Shown here one piece after another: positions 22,668-36,572 of a stretch of DNA of 64,000 bases. This DNA comes from Anthoceros angustus (taxonomy: Eukaryota; Plantae; Anthocerotophyta), in NCBI GenBank assembly GCA_010909165.1, contig VJWM01000025.1, positions 868,001 through 932,000 on the forward strand. Direction: 5' to 3'. The first letter of the stretch is position 1. Every line of letters begins with the position of its first letter. The notes under the pieces were generated by a model. It had not been told where the DNA came from. It worked only from the letters and a program-made list of their open reading frames with translations, and searched no databases. The position numbers and the translations under genes are program-made.

Positions 22668-23511
22668 TCACTTGACCCTTTGAGCATCTATCAAGGACAC
22701 CAACTCCTCGTACTTTGCACCGGCAATGAAGTTCCGGAGAGCCTTTCCGCGCTTGAAAAGCTTGAAAGTAGGCACCACCTGCAACCGCACTTCCGTAGCC
22801 AATTCCTGAAACAAGCACTGACAAGCTTAAGAAGCAGGCATGAGGGCATAGCAATTAGCACTGTACACTCAGATCCTCATTTGCATGTACCAGCAGTGTA
22901 CAGGCTCTCTGGCTGCGGACGTTACCGTATTCTGATTTCTGCTGCAGTCCACCTTGAGGAACATCACATCTGTGTACTGCCGGGAAAGGTCCTCGACCTT
23001 GCGGGATATGGACTCGCACGGCGGGCACCTGGCAAGAGTTCACAGCGTACGTCATTCCACCAAGAAGCACTGGTCAGTCAAGTCAGTCAGGTCAGGGAGA
23101 GAAGAGAAGAGCTGGAAAGCATTGCCATCGCCAATGCGATGATGGATCCCTCACGTACCTCTGAGTGTAGAGCTCCAGCACCACCAACTTGTCTCCAGCG
23201 CCATGGACGAGCTCCCAGAAGGTATCCTGGTCTACGCCAGTGACTCCGCCGGCTGGCGACTCCTCAAGGGGGACCTGCTGATTATGAGAAGACGGTGATG
23301 CGGAAGGCACCTTGCGAGCAGGCCCTAACCGAGGCCTACGCCTCTGCAGCGAGAGCGCCAGGCTGCGGCCAGCATCACGCCCCGGCCCGAGTTTGCGCGT
23401 CGAAAGCGCCGTCGCAGGCGACAAGCACAGCACAGGAGGGAGCTGCCGCAGCGGAATGGGCCGCTGCGGCTGCGCCTCGAGAGCTGGATACGGGAGCGAT
23501 CGCAGCGCCAT
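22668..23511 (-). CDS. TRXF: Plastid thioredoxin f-like protein with atypical RCPPC active site (3 exons)
   Basis: Exons 23511-23159, 23028-22926 and 22805-22668 join in frame through GT-AG introns. Transit-like N-terminus, then GVDQDTFWELVHGAGDKLVVLELYTQRCPPC..DVMFLKVDC..VVPTFKLFK..GAKYEEL (Trx-f signatures). Confidence 0.85.
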
Positions 23512-23696
23512 TGCCCTTGCTCTTCCGAGAAATGATCGAGCGGGCTTTGACGGGACAGTGGCAAAGCGGGCTCTTCTTCAAACTCTCGCCGCGCTCACGT
23601 ACTGCGCGTATTCTGCTCCGGCTCGATAAATCGACTCAATTTGCTCGATAAGTCGGCTGCATTCGCTCGATAAATCGCCGGCTTACGATTAAGTAG

Positions 23697-23762
23697 TTGG
23701 CTGATTCGAACCGCGGTTTTCAGGGTCCAAGGCTTCCGCCTTAACCACGCTGCCACGTCCCC
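23697..23762 (-). other. tRNA-like Pol III box A/box B sequence (SINE head or tRNA pseudogene)
   Basis: GGGGACGTGGCAGCGTGGTTAAGGCG...CGCGGTTCGAATC. Box A at 23745-23755, box B at 23703-23712. Anticodon and T stems do not pair. Confidence 0.55.
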
Positions 23763-23954
23763 GAAGACATATCCTGATATTTCGATTTCCGACAAAAAAC
23801 ATAGTCCAATAAGACCCGTCCATGTGCCCGTGTCTTGTGACATAATGGATGCTTTCAACACCTCCGTAGTGCTTTGGAAGAGCCTGAAAGAAGAGGGGGG
23901 GAAACGGTTGCTCCGTTTGCCTGATGGCTCAGTTCTTGCAAAGCCGGGCAGCAA

Positions 23955-26187
23955 TTACAGCAGGCCTGCGCTTGCAATGTTTCGACTGATCCTTTCCAGA
24001 TTTGTGTATATTTCTTTCCTTTCAGGATGGTCTTTGTCTTCGACAAGGAAGGTATGGACCCGACTGTCAAGTTCCATCCATGTGCGTCCAGGTTCCTTTT
24101 TTGCACCCGCCTTTTGCATCATCTTCCTTATGCTTGCTTTGTCATCCAACCTGCCAGCAGCGCCATAGATGTCTCCCATGATGACATACGCTGCAGCGAT
24201 GGTTGGGTCTAGCTTCAAGATGGCCTCAAATGAGAGTTGTCCTATGTCCACGTTTCTGTGGATTCGGCTTGCTCCCAGCAGAGACATCCACAGACTGCTG
24301 TCGGCCTGCACAGGCAGACTGGTGATGAAGTCGTGAGCTTCGTGTAGGCGACCTGACCTGCCCAACATGTCTATCATGCATAGATAGTGGTCCATGTCAG
24401 CAGCAACACCGTATTGCTCATACATGGCCCGAAAGAGGCGGGTCCCTTCCTCTAACAGACCACAGTGACTGCAGGCAGAGAGTAAACAGACGAATGTGAC
24501 CTTGTTTGGATGTACGCCCTCCCTCCACATTTGATAGAAGAGCTGAAGGGCCATCTCACCATCGCCATGCTGGGCATATCCACCCATCATCGCATTCCAA
24601 GACACCAGATCCTTCTCTGGCAGTTCTTTGAAGACGGCTCTTGCATCCTCCAAACTCCCACATTTTCCATACATGTCAATCAGAGTGTTGCCCACAGACA
24701 CATCTGTGTCAAGGCCAGTCTCCACAGTATGTGCATGAAGCTGTCGACCCTGCTTCAGTGCAGCTATGGTGGAGCATGCTTTGAGGATGCTCAGCATCGT
24801 CACCTTGTCCGGACGCATTCCTTCTGATTGCATCTGCTGGAAAAGCCGAAATGCTTCATTACCATCTCCATGGTGTGCATATCCTGCAAGCATGGCAGTC
24901 CATACCACCCTGTCACGTCTTGGCATTCTATCAAACACCCTGCGTGCATCACTTAGGCTTCCACACTTAACATACATATCAATGACTGCACTGCCGATAT
25001 ACAAGTCAGAGTCGAAGCCCATTTCCACGATGCGAGCATGTATTACCCTGCCTTGATCAAGTGCTGCCACACTAGAGCATGCCTTCAGAATGTTGGAAAG
25101 GGTAACCTTGTCTGGCTGTCTTCCTTCTTCCAGCATCTTCCAAAAGAGCTGAAGTGCCTCTTGACCGTCACCGTGGTCAGAATATCCGGCAATCATTGAA
25201 GTCCATGAGATCAGATCTTTAGTGGACAAGGAATCGAAAACTTGGCGAGCGTGATCCAGTCGCCCACACTTGGCATACATGTTTACAAGGGTGTTTTCAA
25301 CAAATATGTTGGACCCGCAGCCTTCTTCTATCACATGAGCATGCACCATTCTTCCCACTCCCAGAGCCGCAGAGCTTGCACATGCCTTGAGCACGGCCAC
25401 AAACAAAACATTGTCTGGGTGCAATCCACTCTCTTTCATCGATTGGTACAGCTGCAGTGCTTCATCTGCTCGCCCATGCTGGACATGTGCAGATATCATT
25501 GACGCCCAAACAAACACATTCGGAGCATGCAGTCTGCTGAACACTTGCTTCGCTTCCACCAAACTCCCGCAAGCAGCATACATCCGGATGAGGTGGTTTC
25601 CAAGAAACGCATTGGACTGACATCCACTTCTGATGATAACGGAGTGAACTCGTCTGCCCACATCCAAATCTTTCTTCTCAATGCACCCTTGCAGGAGACT
25701 GTACAGAATGTTTGTCGAAAGACGAATGCCTTGCTGTTGCAAAGATTCCACAGCCTGGAATGCATCTTTGAGCTGCAGCCCATCCTTGTCCCTTGTGTGC
25801 AACTTTCCAACTCCACAACTGTCATCCCTTTGCATGCAGAAGGTGGGGCCCTGGTCAGTATGTGAGCAGGCAGAAAGATGCACATCCAGGCAGGTAAGGA
25901 AGAGGAGTTACTTGCCTCAAACCACTTGCTCCTTGTGGAACTCCTGATGCTGCTCTGTGATGACCACTAACTACTTTTCTGCCATTCCATAGCCACCCCT
26001 TTGCTCTATTTTGGACAAGGTTGAAGAGTTCTGATGCTGCCTGTGAGTGAGGTATTCGCAAGGTCAATACTTCAATACAGCTACAGTGGCACGTTAAAGG
26101 AGGGAGCAGATGACCAGCTTGCTCAGTTTTCCTTTGCCAAGGACTAGGGAAGGAAGTATTACCATATAGCTCCCGCGGACATCGCAT
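23955..26187 (-). CDS. PLS-class PPR RNA-editing factor, E+ type (PG box, no DYW)
   Basis: Main ORF 23955-25883 has P-L-S triplets, E1/E2 and KKEPGRTWME..HTF..DKDHPE..IY, then a stop. A likely upstream exon runs 26187 to ~25916 (inferred). Confidence 0.93.
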
Positions 26188-26403
26188 GCCTAGACTTGCG
26201 TCCGGCAGATGTCGGAGCTGTTACGCTGCAGCTCATGGTTGCTTGTGCCGAGCTCTCATGGCAACCCACATCCGTTTGGAAGGGATCGTTTAACGTTTAA
26301 ACAGCCTGCTTGGTTGCATATTTTTAGGGCCCATCGACAAGGCGTTCGGTGAAAGCAAGCCCGGAGAACGGATGCATGCCGCAGACCATATGAAGCAGGA
26401 CAG

Positions 26404-28867
26404 ATGAGAATACGTGGTGCTACTCACGAGAAAACTACCCTGCTGTGTCTGAAGGGGTGGAATTTCAACCCCAACCCCCGTCTGTCGACCCCGCTAGATT
26501 CTGCACTGAAGCCACCAGAGCCTGGAAACAGAAGGGTTGAGAGTCTTGTAGGCACAGTAGGTTTCTTTTGTGGGGCTTATGATCGTGCAGGCGATGCAGT
26601 GTTGCAACCCAACCTGCAGGACGCAAGGTTTCTGACTGATGCTGGGCATTCCAGGTCGAACAAGGTACAGTCTGCTTGGCTTTTCACCAATTCAGGATTT
26701 GCCATGAATTGCAGTCGTGCAAAAGCTCCAGCAGGTCATTGAGGCATTGTTTGTGGCAGTTGACCGTTGCTGATCACCACAGAGAACCTTCAAGTATCTG
26801 GACTTGGTGCACAGCGATGGAAGAGCGGGGTCACATTATCACCTTGCCCCTAGAGGCGTGGTCGTCGAGGACGTTTCAGAGTTGGGAGAAGTATTTTCTG
26901 CTCCGTTTGCAGCATCCTCCCGAGTAGATGAAGGGCATGGGGTCAGCAGTGACAAGGAGAATTTTGTCAGGTATCCTTCCTTTCACAGATGGAATCCTTG
27001 TACATTGATGGGATATGGCGAAGCTACTTGCTGGTTTCATAAGATGGCAAGCTTTGTCTGATGCTTTGCTGCCACTTGCAGCAAAGTGTGCGAAGATGAC
27101 CAGCTGTTCGAAGCGGTGGGGGCTTTGGACCTCATGTGCAAGCAGGGAATCCAGGTGTCGGTCGATATTTGGTACTCTTTCTTGAAGAGGTGCATGGCTC
27201 ACAAGAACCTAGCCATCGGACGGTATGTTCATGCCCTTGCATACAGAAGTGGGTACAACCGCAATATGTTTCTAGGAAACCACATCATCCGCATGTATGC
27301 CTCTCATGGGAGTCTAGCAGAAGCCAACCAGGTGTTCAGGACACTTCCGGCACCAAATGCTTTTGTCTGGACTTCAATTATTACAGCATACGCGGAACAT
27401 GGGGAAGCTGAGCAGGCCATAAGACTGTATTTGCAGATGCGGCAATCCAGTGTGAAACCAAATGACTACACGTTTGTGGCTGTGTTGAAAGCCTGTGCAG
27501 ACATTGGTGATTTGGCATCAGGGAAACTGGTGCATGCAGATTTGGTCGGCAGCTGTTTTGAGGTGAATGAGTTTGTGGTGAGTGCATTGGTGGACTTCTA
27601 TGCGAAGTGGGGGAGTCTGGAGGAGGCTCGAAGGGTCTTCGACAAATTGGCAACCAAGGATGTGGTGGCATGGAACACTATGATTGCAGGATATGCTCAG
27701 CATGGTCTTGGTCAGCAAGCTATCGCCCTGTATACAGACATGCAGCGAGATGGCATGTTGTCTCTTGCCAACCAAGCTACATTTACAACTGCTCTGAAGG
27801 CATGTGGCAGTGCAGGGGCTATATATGAGGGGAGACGGATCCATGTTCAGGTCTTAGAAAGAGGCTTTGAAGCAGATGTGGTGATCGGCAATGCACTAGT
27901 CGATATGTATGCAAAATGTGGGAGCATGGAGGACTGTCAGACACTGTTTAGCAGATTGTCCACGAGGGACACAGTGACATGGACTGCCCTCATTGATGCG
28001 TATGGCCAGCACAATGACTGTGCAATGGCTGTGCAGTGTTTCGAGGACATGCAGCAACAGGGGGTGGATCCAGATGCTGCTACGTTTTCTTGCCTCCTTG
28101 CTGCATGCAGCCATGTGGGACTGGTGAGCATGGGCAATCACTACTTTCGAGCGATGGAGGAAGAGTACGGCATTTTACCAGGGGTTGAGCACTATAATAG
28201 CATGGTTGATCTTCTTGGCAGGTCAGGACAACTGGACGAGGCAGAAGTTCTTCTTCGAACGATGCCTTTTGAAAATCCTACTGTGGGTTGGATGTCTCTG
28301 CTGACTGCCTGTAAACAGCATGCTAATGCAGAGCTAGGAAGGATATGTTTTGATCGCTTGGTCAAACTGGAACCCAATCAGGCCGCTGTCTATGTCCTCA
28401 TGTCCAATATATACGGCAACAGCGGCCAGTGGAAGGACGCAGATAAAATAGAACACATGCGACATGATGCAGGAGCTCGTAAGAAGCCTGCAAGAGCCTC
28501 GATCGAAGTGGACCACAAGGTGCATGAATTCATTGTGGGGGACATGACAGAGGACACTCGCGCAAAGCTAAGGAGCTTGAATCTTATCAAGGGAGACGTA
28601 CCTCATGCAGGCACGACGTTGGACCCAGTTTCCAACAAGGATGATGCTTTTTGTGGACACGCAGAGAAGCTTGCATTAGCTTATGGTCTCCTCAACACAC
28701 CCGAAGGCACCACCTTGCTGGTTACGAAAAATCTGCGGATGTGTGACCATTGCCACAGTGGCACGAAGATCATTTCCAAGATTGAGAATCGGGAGATCAT
28801 AATTAGAGACGCTCACCGTGTCCATCACTTCAAGGATGGCGTTTGTTCATGTCGAGACCACAATTGA
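26404..28867 (+). CDS. PLS-class PPR protein with DYW:KP-type deaminase-like domain (candidate U-to-C editing factor)
   Basis: Main exon 27082-28867: KKPARASIEV, CGHAEKLALAYGL, KNLRMCDHCH, HHFKDGVCSCRDHN. Inferred upstream exons 26404-26664 and 26783-26970 join in frame. Confidence 0.93.
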
Positions 28868-29041
28868 GCTGTGAGCATGAACAGAACGTCAGTATCACAC
28901 ACATCCGGACTGCAAGCAAGACCCATCAAAGGGATTTAGATGGTGGAAGCTGTGGACCCTCTCGGCCAAAACCATGCTGAAGGTTTCCGTTTAATTTAGA
29001 CAGGAGGTACCAGATCACCAGAGTAGTCACAAGAATCCGAA

Positions 29042-31947
29042 TCAGACTGCAATCCTCACGTCCAATTCGCTGTTTATTTCTGATAGCTTTGCATACACAG
29101 GTTGGGTGTGTGGCTGATTGTCCAGCCCCACTAAAAAGGTGTACACCTTGCCCTGATGCTCAATCCAACTCCGACCAGGCTTCTTCCAAGCACCTGCACG
29201 CACTCTCATGGCCTCAATCTCCTCTGCTTCATGCCACATTTGGGCATGCACATAGATGTTCTGCATGAGGGTGTACGCAGCACAGTGTTTGGGCTCCACA
29301 CCAACAGCATGTTTGAAGGCACGCCTTCCACACTCCACATTGCCATACTTCCTGCAGCCCCCAAGCAATGACAGCCACACTGCCAACCCAGGCTGCGTGG
29401 GCATAGTCGAAATCAAGCCTTCTGCCTCGTCGAATAGGCCTGCACGCCCAAGGAGGTCAACTATGCTCACATAGTGTTCTGTCGTGGGTATTAGACCGTA
29501 GTCCCGACTCATGGATTCAAAGTACACCATGCCTTGGTCCACCATGCCTGTATGACTGCACGCAGACAGAATGGGAACAAATGTAACCGAGTTTGGCCTC
29601 ATACCCATCCGCTGCATCTCCTGAAAGGCTTGGAAGCTCAGCTCATAGTCTCCCCGACGGGCGTATCCAGCAATCAGTGCAGTACAGGTGAAAACATTAT
29701 GGTGCGGGTACGAGTCAAAGACCTTCCGAGCCTCCACCATGCTCCCACATCTGCCGTATGCATGTACCATGGCACTTGCCACGGTAACACTCCACTCAAA
29801 TCCAGCTCCGACAATGTTGTTGCACACCTTTTTGCACATACTCAGGGCTCCCAACTTGCTACAGGCTTTTAGGAGGCACAAGAATGTGGTTTCGTCTGGT
29901 GTCACACCGTCGTCTTGCATGTCACTGTAAAGCTGCAGAGCATTCTCAGCTTCCTCTTGCTCAGCGTATCCCAGAATCATTGCATTCCATGATACTCGGT
30001 CACGACGGGACAACCTGTCAAAGACATGTCGAGCATCCAGGACGCTCCCACAACTTGCATACATGTGCACAAGAGAGTTACCGACATATACATCTGAATC
30101 GTAACCGCTTCTAATGACTTGAGCATGTAACACCTTGGCCTTCTCAAGCGAGGCTTCTTTGAATGACTGCCCATCACTCCAGGTTGCTTTTTCCATGGCA
30201 GCCATGCTGCCACATGCCTTGAGCACACTGACAAAAGTTCTATCATTTGGCCTGACACGAGTCTCTTGCATTCGGGTGAACAGTTGCAAAGCGTCCTCGC
30301 CCTGGTCTTGCAGGGCATAGCCTGCAATCATTGCATTCCATGTAACCACATCGCGCCGGGATAGCATGTCAAACACATGCCGTGCATCCACAAGGCTTCC
30401 GCAATTCGCATACATGTGTACCAGAGTGTTGCCAACGAAGACATCTGATTGATAACCTGTTCTGACAATATCAGCATGTATAACTCGTCCTTGCTGAAGT
30501 GCTTCCACTTTGACCGATGTCCCATCAATAAGTAACCCCTCATCTAATGCTGCAATGCTCCCACATGCTTTCAGCACACTGGCAAATGTTCGGTCATTTG
30601 GCTCCATCCCTACAACTCTCATTTCTGCATAGAGCTTCAAAGCCTGATCACCCTGTTCTTGCCGGACATATCCTGCAATCATTGCATTCCATGATACCAC
30701 GTTTCGCAGCGACGCAGCATCAAAGACAGTGCGTGCATCACAAATACTTCCACAGCTAGCATACATGTGCATGAGTGTGTTGGCAACAAAGAGATTCAAG
30801 TCGATGCCTCTTCTAAGGATTTCCGCATGAATGCTCTTCCCCCTGTGCAGAGAACCGAGCTTGACTACCCGACAATCTATCGCCACTTCCGTCTCCTCTG
30901 CAGCTATGCTGCTGCAGGCTTTGAGTATTCCTACAAAAGTCCGTTCGTCGGGCATCACACCCTCCTCCTTCATTTGTTCATAGAGTTGCAAGGACTTGTC
31001 ACCCAAATCCTCCTGAGCACATCCTGCGATCATCGAGTTCCATAAACCTACATCCCTGTGAGACAAGGTGTCAAAAACCTGCCACGCATCCTCCATTTTC
31101 CCACATCTTGCGTACATGTCCACTAGACTTGTGCCCACGAATAGGTCTGTTTCACAATTGTATTTGACAACCTCAGCATGGATCCGCTTGCCTTCATCCA
31201 GGTCAGCTAGGACAGCACAAGCTTTGAGCACGCCAACAAATGTGTGCCTGTTGGGCTCCACACCCTGCTCCTGCATTAGCCAGTAGGTTCTCAGAGCCTC
31301 CTGACCTTGCCCACCCTTACTGTACCCTGAAATGAGAGCGGTCCAGGAGAGTGCTGAGGGTGTGGACAGCCTGTTGAACACCTGGATGGCATCCGCAAGA
31401 CCTCGGCATTTGACAAGCATGTTGACAATCCAGTCACCCAAATAGCCGTGGCACTCCAGCCCACTTTTGGCAATGTGAGCATGAAGTTGCCTAGCCTTAC
31501 CAAGGTCCTTCCTTCTAGTACAGGCCTGCAAGAGGGGGCCATAGACTTGGACCGAAGCCTGCTGGTCTCCGAGCAGCACAGCATCCAGTGCCTCATCCAA
31601 CCCCTGGCGAGTCTCCAGATACTTTGCAGCCTCGGAGTCCTCATCTGTGCCTACCCTGCGCATCCCTGACAGGAAAACTGGTTTTCATCACCATGCCCTG
31701 CAGGATAAGAATGCCATGCTTGCTGCCAAACCGAAACATCTGGTCACTTGCCTCTTGCTTCAGGTGTGCCGACAACTCCAGAGCACGCCTGCCTGCGGCT
31801 CTTCTCCCATCCCTCCCGCAACCCTAAGGCTGTTTGCTGTCCGCATGGTCGACGAGGCCTGAAAGCTGCCTTGCCGAAGGTGCTAGAATGGAGAGGCCAT
31901 TCTAGCCGCAGTCTTTCCACCATGGCCCCAGGTTCGCCCAGCACCAT
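29042..31947 (-). CDS. PLS-class PPR protein, E+ type, with extended L motifs
   Basis: Main ORF 29042-31663 ends WKKPGRSWIE..YTFLVG..PHTQPVYAKL without a DYW domain. Three L motifs carry 16-aa insertions. Possible upstream exon via a GC-AG intron 31666-31751. Confidence 0.93.
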
Positions 31948-32358
31948 ATCCCTCTCAACAGGCACATGCTATCATTTGTGCGGGGAGGAACGGAAAATCT
32001 GCAAGGAAGTGGTGCAACGCAATTCCCAGTGGAGACATCCCAAAGATGACATGAGCCGTGCGTTTTCCAGCAGCAAGTCTAGCGAGTTCAATGGATTGAG
32101 ATGTGAAGCAAGCCTTGCTTGGTGGGCATGCATTATTAGAGACTTGAATGTTGCAGAAGTAGATTAGATATAGATAACCAATCCCCTTGCCCGGGGACAA
32201 AAAAAAGCTCGCACCGCATCCGACAACACAACACGCTTGGAAATGGTGATGAAGGAGGGCTAAAACTAACGTTCTCCTGGAAATGAAAGAGGGTCTACAG
32301 AGCCAAACGAAAAAAAAAAACGCTCGCTCGCAGCAGCAGGCAGGCAGCTGCATATTCT

Positions 32359-34086
<1,728 letters not shown>

Positions 34087-34375
34087 TCATCACTTCTCAT
34101 TGATCATCGATCAGAGTGCTGTCAGTGCGCGTCCGACTTGTTAGCCATAGCAACATCTGTCCTGGAACCTGGCTGGGCCACTCACATTCGATTCCCCAAT
34201 GCCAACTACCAGATACATACATATGTAGTAGCTATATGGTTTCAAATAATGATACAGTAAGCTCTTCCTACCGTTTCCAAAAGATTTCACCATCTTTCTC
34301 GAAAAAAAAGATGTCACTGAAGGGAACGATGAAGCTTCGTTTCGTAGTGTCTCAAAACTCTTCACTAGGTAGGAA

Positions 34376-35128
34376 TTGAGGTGAAAAATCGATAGAAAAA
34401 GCCCATCCAGGAGGGGACAACCAAAAGGGACCAGGGGGTCGAGGTGGAGAGGAGCAACTTAACTCCCTACCTAAAGTCACCTACTGCACCCACAATGTCA
34501 TATACAGGAAGAATAAACGGCCTGCAAACCACGGAGGTAGAGGAAGATGCGTCACCTACTGTCGCCGCCTTGTGGAGGATCGCCGTTGAGAGCGCCCGTT
34601 GAAGGGCAATTGAAACCCGTCGTCGGAAATATGCTGTGAAGTACGAGAGGGACAGCCCCGCACCGTGTCTACGTGCATGGTAAGCTTTGGCACAGGACTT
34701 GACAAATTTGTCAAAGTCCTCAGCCATTGCCCCATACGTTTCTAGTGCAAGCGGAATAAAGAGGTGGCCCGCTTGCATCCTGCTATATTTGCGGACCTTG
34801 AGAGCCGCTGCTCCGACAGCAGCCCAATCTGGACGGTTAGTGATGACCTGAGCGGAGATGATGTCTCGTGTAGGATGAGTCACCACCACATCTGCCACCG
34901 AAACCTGGTCGCCACGAACAAGGTACTGGTCAGCCCTGATTGAACGACCTGTACGGAGAGTATACACCCGCTCCCTCCAGGCCATGTAGCCGTTTTCGTG
35001 AGCGATGGCGAACATGACATCGCGGATGGCGTCGTGAGTGGCAATGCAATGACCCCCATGGGGACAGCGAGCAAGATGTACCCCAGAATCATCGAGGGCA
35101 GAGCCGCACTCGCAAGTAAGGAGCGTAG
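34376..35128 (-). mobile_element. 5'-truncated non-LTR retrotransposon with C-terminal restriction-like endonuclease (CRE-like)
   Basis: Open frame TCECGSALDDSGVHLARC (CCHC)..THDAIRD..RAD..ADVVVTHP..KVRKY..FIPLALETYG..RVSIALQR ends at 34467, followed by a pyrimidine-rich 3' UTR. Confidence 0.85.
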
Positions 35129-36471
35129 GAAAAAGGTAGGAAAAAGGTAGGAAAAAGGTGGCTATGTAATAAACGTGATTATAATCGTTTAGGTGGTAGG
35201 AAGGAGGTGGCTAATGCTGGTATGTATGGATAGACGGAAGCTTAGGAAGGGATCTTGCAGATCAGGTACACATGACAATCATATTATTATCTTGAACAAA
35301 CTTTGAGATTGATTGAAAGATAATGCGGGTTTTATGTCTTATGGTCAGCAGTGTGATATGCAGGCGTCTCAACGAAATCATATTTATTCAACCACAAAAG
35401 AGCAAGCTACTAACTAGTAAACACACTTTTAGCATGTGCCTGATTTTACAAAAGATCTCAACTATCCTGAACATCGCCTATCACGATATTGACGCAAAGA
35501 TGGTTCAAGATGCCAGGCAACCATCCTGGTTGAGCCATCATGAACTGTGCCTCCCAACAACCTCCCCGTGCCCTCCTGGTCCCTGCAATCACATTGTCGG
35601 CACCATAAACTGTCATTGTTAAGCACATTTTGGGAATATTCGAAATGCGGACCGGTGGTTGGCAGTGGTCTTGGAGCAGAGGAGGACAGAGTAGTTTTAG
35701 TCCATCAACCCAAAGATTGTGGGACTCTGAGTTTGTTAATCCTAGTTATTTTGGATGGTGGATTTTTATGTTTGGAAAATCATTTTATCAGTGTAGGGAA
35801 CTTCGATGAGCCCGTTTTTTTGTGAGGATGTTCACCAAGGTGTGATGATACTCATCAAATACTACTTCATCGATGCATCGCCAAGATGACGTCCTATCTT
35901 TAATTGTGCAATATCATGCGCATATAAGACTTGCATCATTTCCTCTTTGTCCAAAGGACCTGCTCAAAAATAAAATACCATCAGATTTGTCCCATGCAAT
36001 TTCTGCTTTCACACAAGACTTCTTCGTGGTTGCAGCTCAAATGATTTCTCCTCCTCAGCAGTGGGTAATTTTGAAGTATCAACTTTAGCCGCCTTTGAGT
36101 CTATCTTCTCCTTAGCCTTGCCATTCTTCTCCTTCAAATTGCTAAACAAGAGACTTATTTATTTCTTCTTTATGTTGAATATGAGCCTCAAGCACCTTCA
36201 CCGTCCACACATGCACAACATTGGATGAGGCATCTATATCCTAGGCCTCCCTTCCTTCCTTTTTGAATACGGTAAGGTAACTCTGCATGTATATGAAAGA
36301 TATGATAACCGCACATCACTTTATTTCTACAAGCACATGGCGTACCGCGAGGCTATGTGCACGAAGGACGTCGCACCCTCAAAACATTTATCGCTTCAGA
36401 GATTGAGACGCAGACGCTGCGAACATAATTCGAGTCACTTCGGTGCATTAGGTTTAAATCAAGCGTCAGGT

Positions 36472-36572
36472 GATTGTACAATCTTACTCGAACCACAATG
36501 CGAGCAAGCTTCAATTGATTGTACAATCTTACCCGTACCACAATGCCAGCAAGCTTCAGTTGATTGTACAAA
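36472..36572. repeat. 45-bp tandem repeat (~2.3 units)
   Basis: GATTGTACAATCTTAC(T/C)CG(A/T)ACCACAATGC(G/C)AGCAAGCTTCA(A/G)TT repeated. Confidence 0.85.

Noticed and set aside
22638-23243. 201-aa plus-strand ORF
   Set aside because: Antisense shadow of the spliced thioredoxin gene.
23697-23762. Functional tRNA gene
   Set aside because: Anticodon, T and acceptor stems do not pair; kept only as a tRNA-like element.
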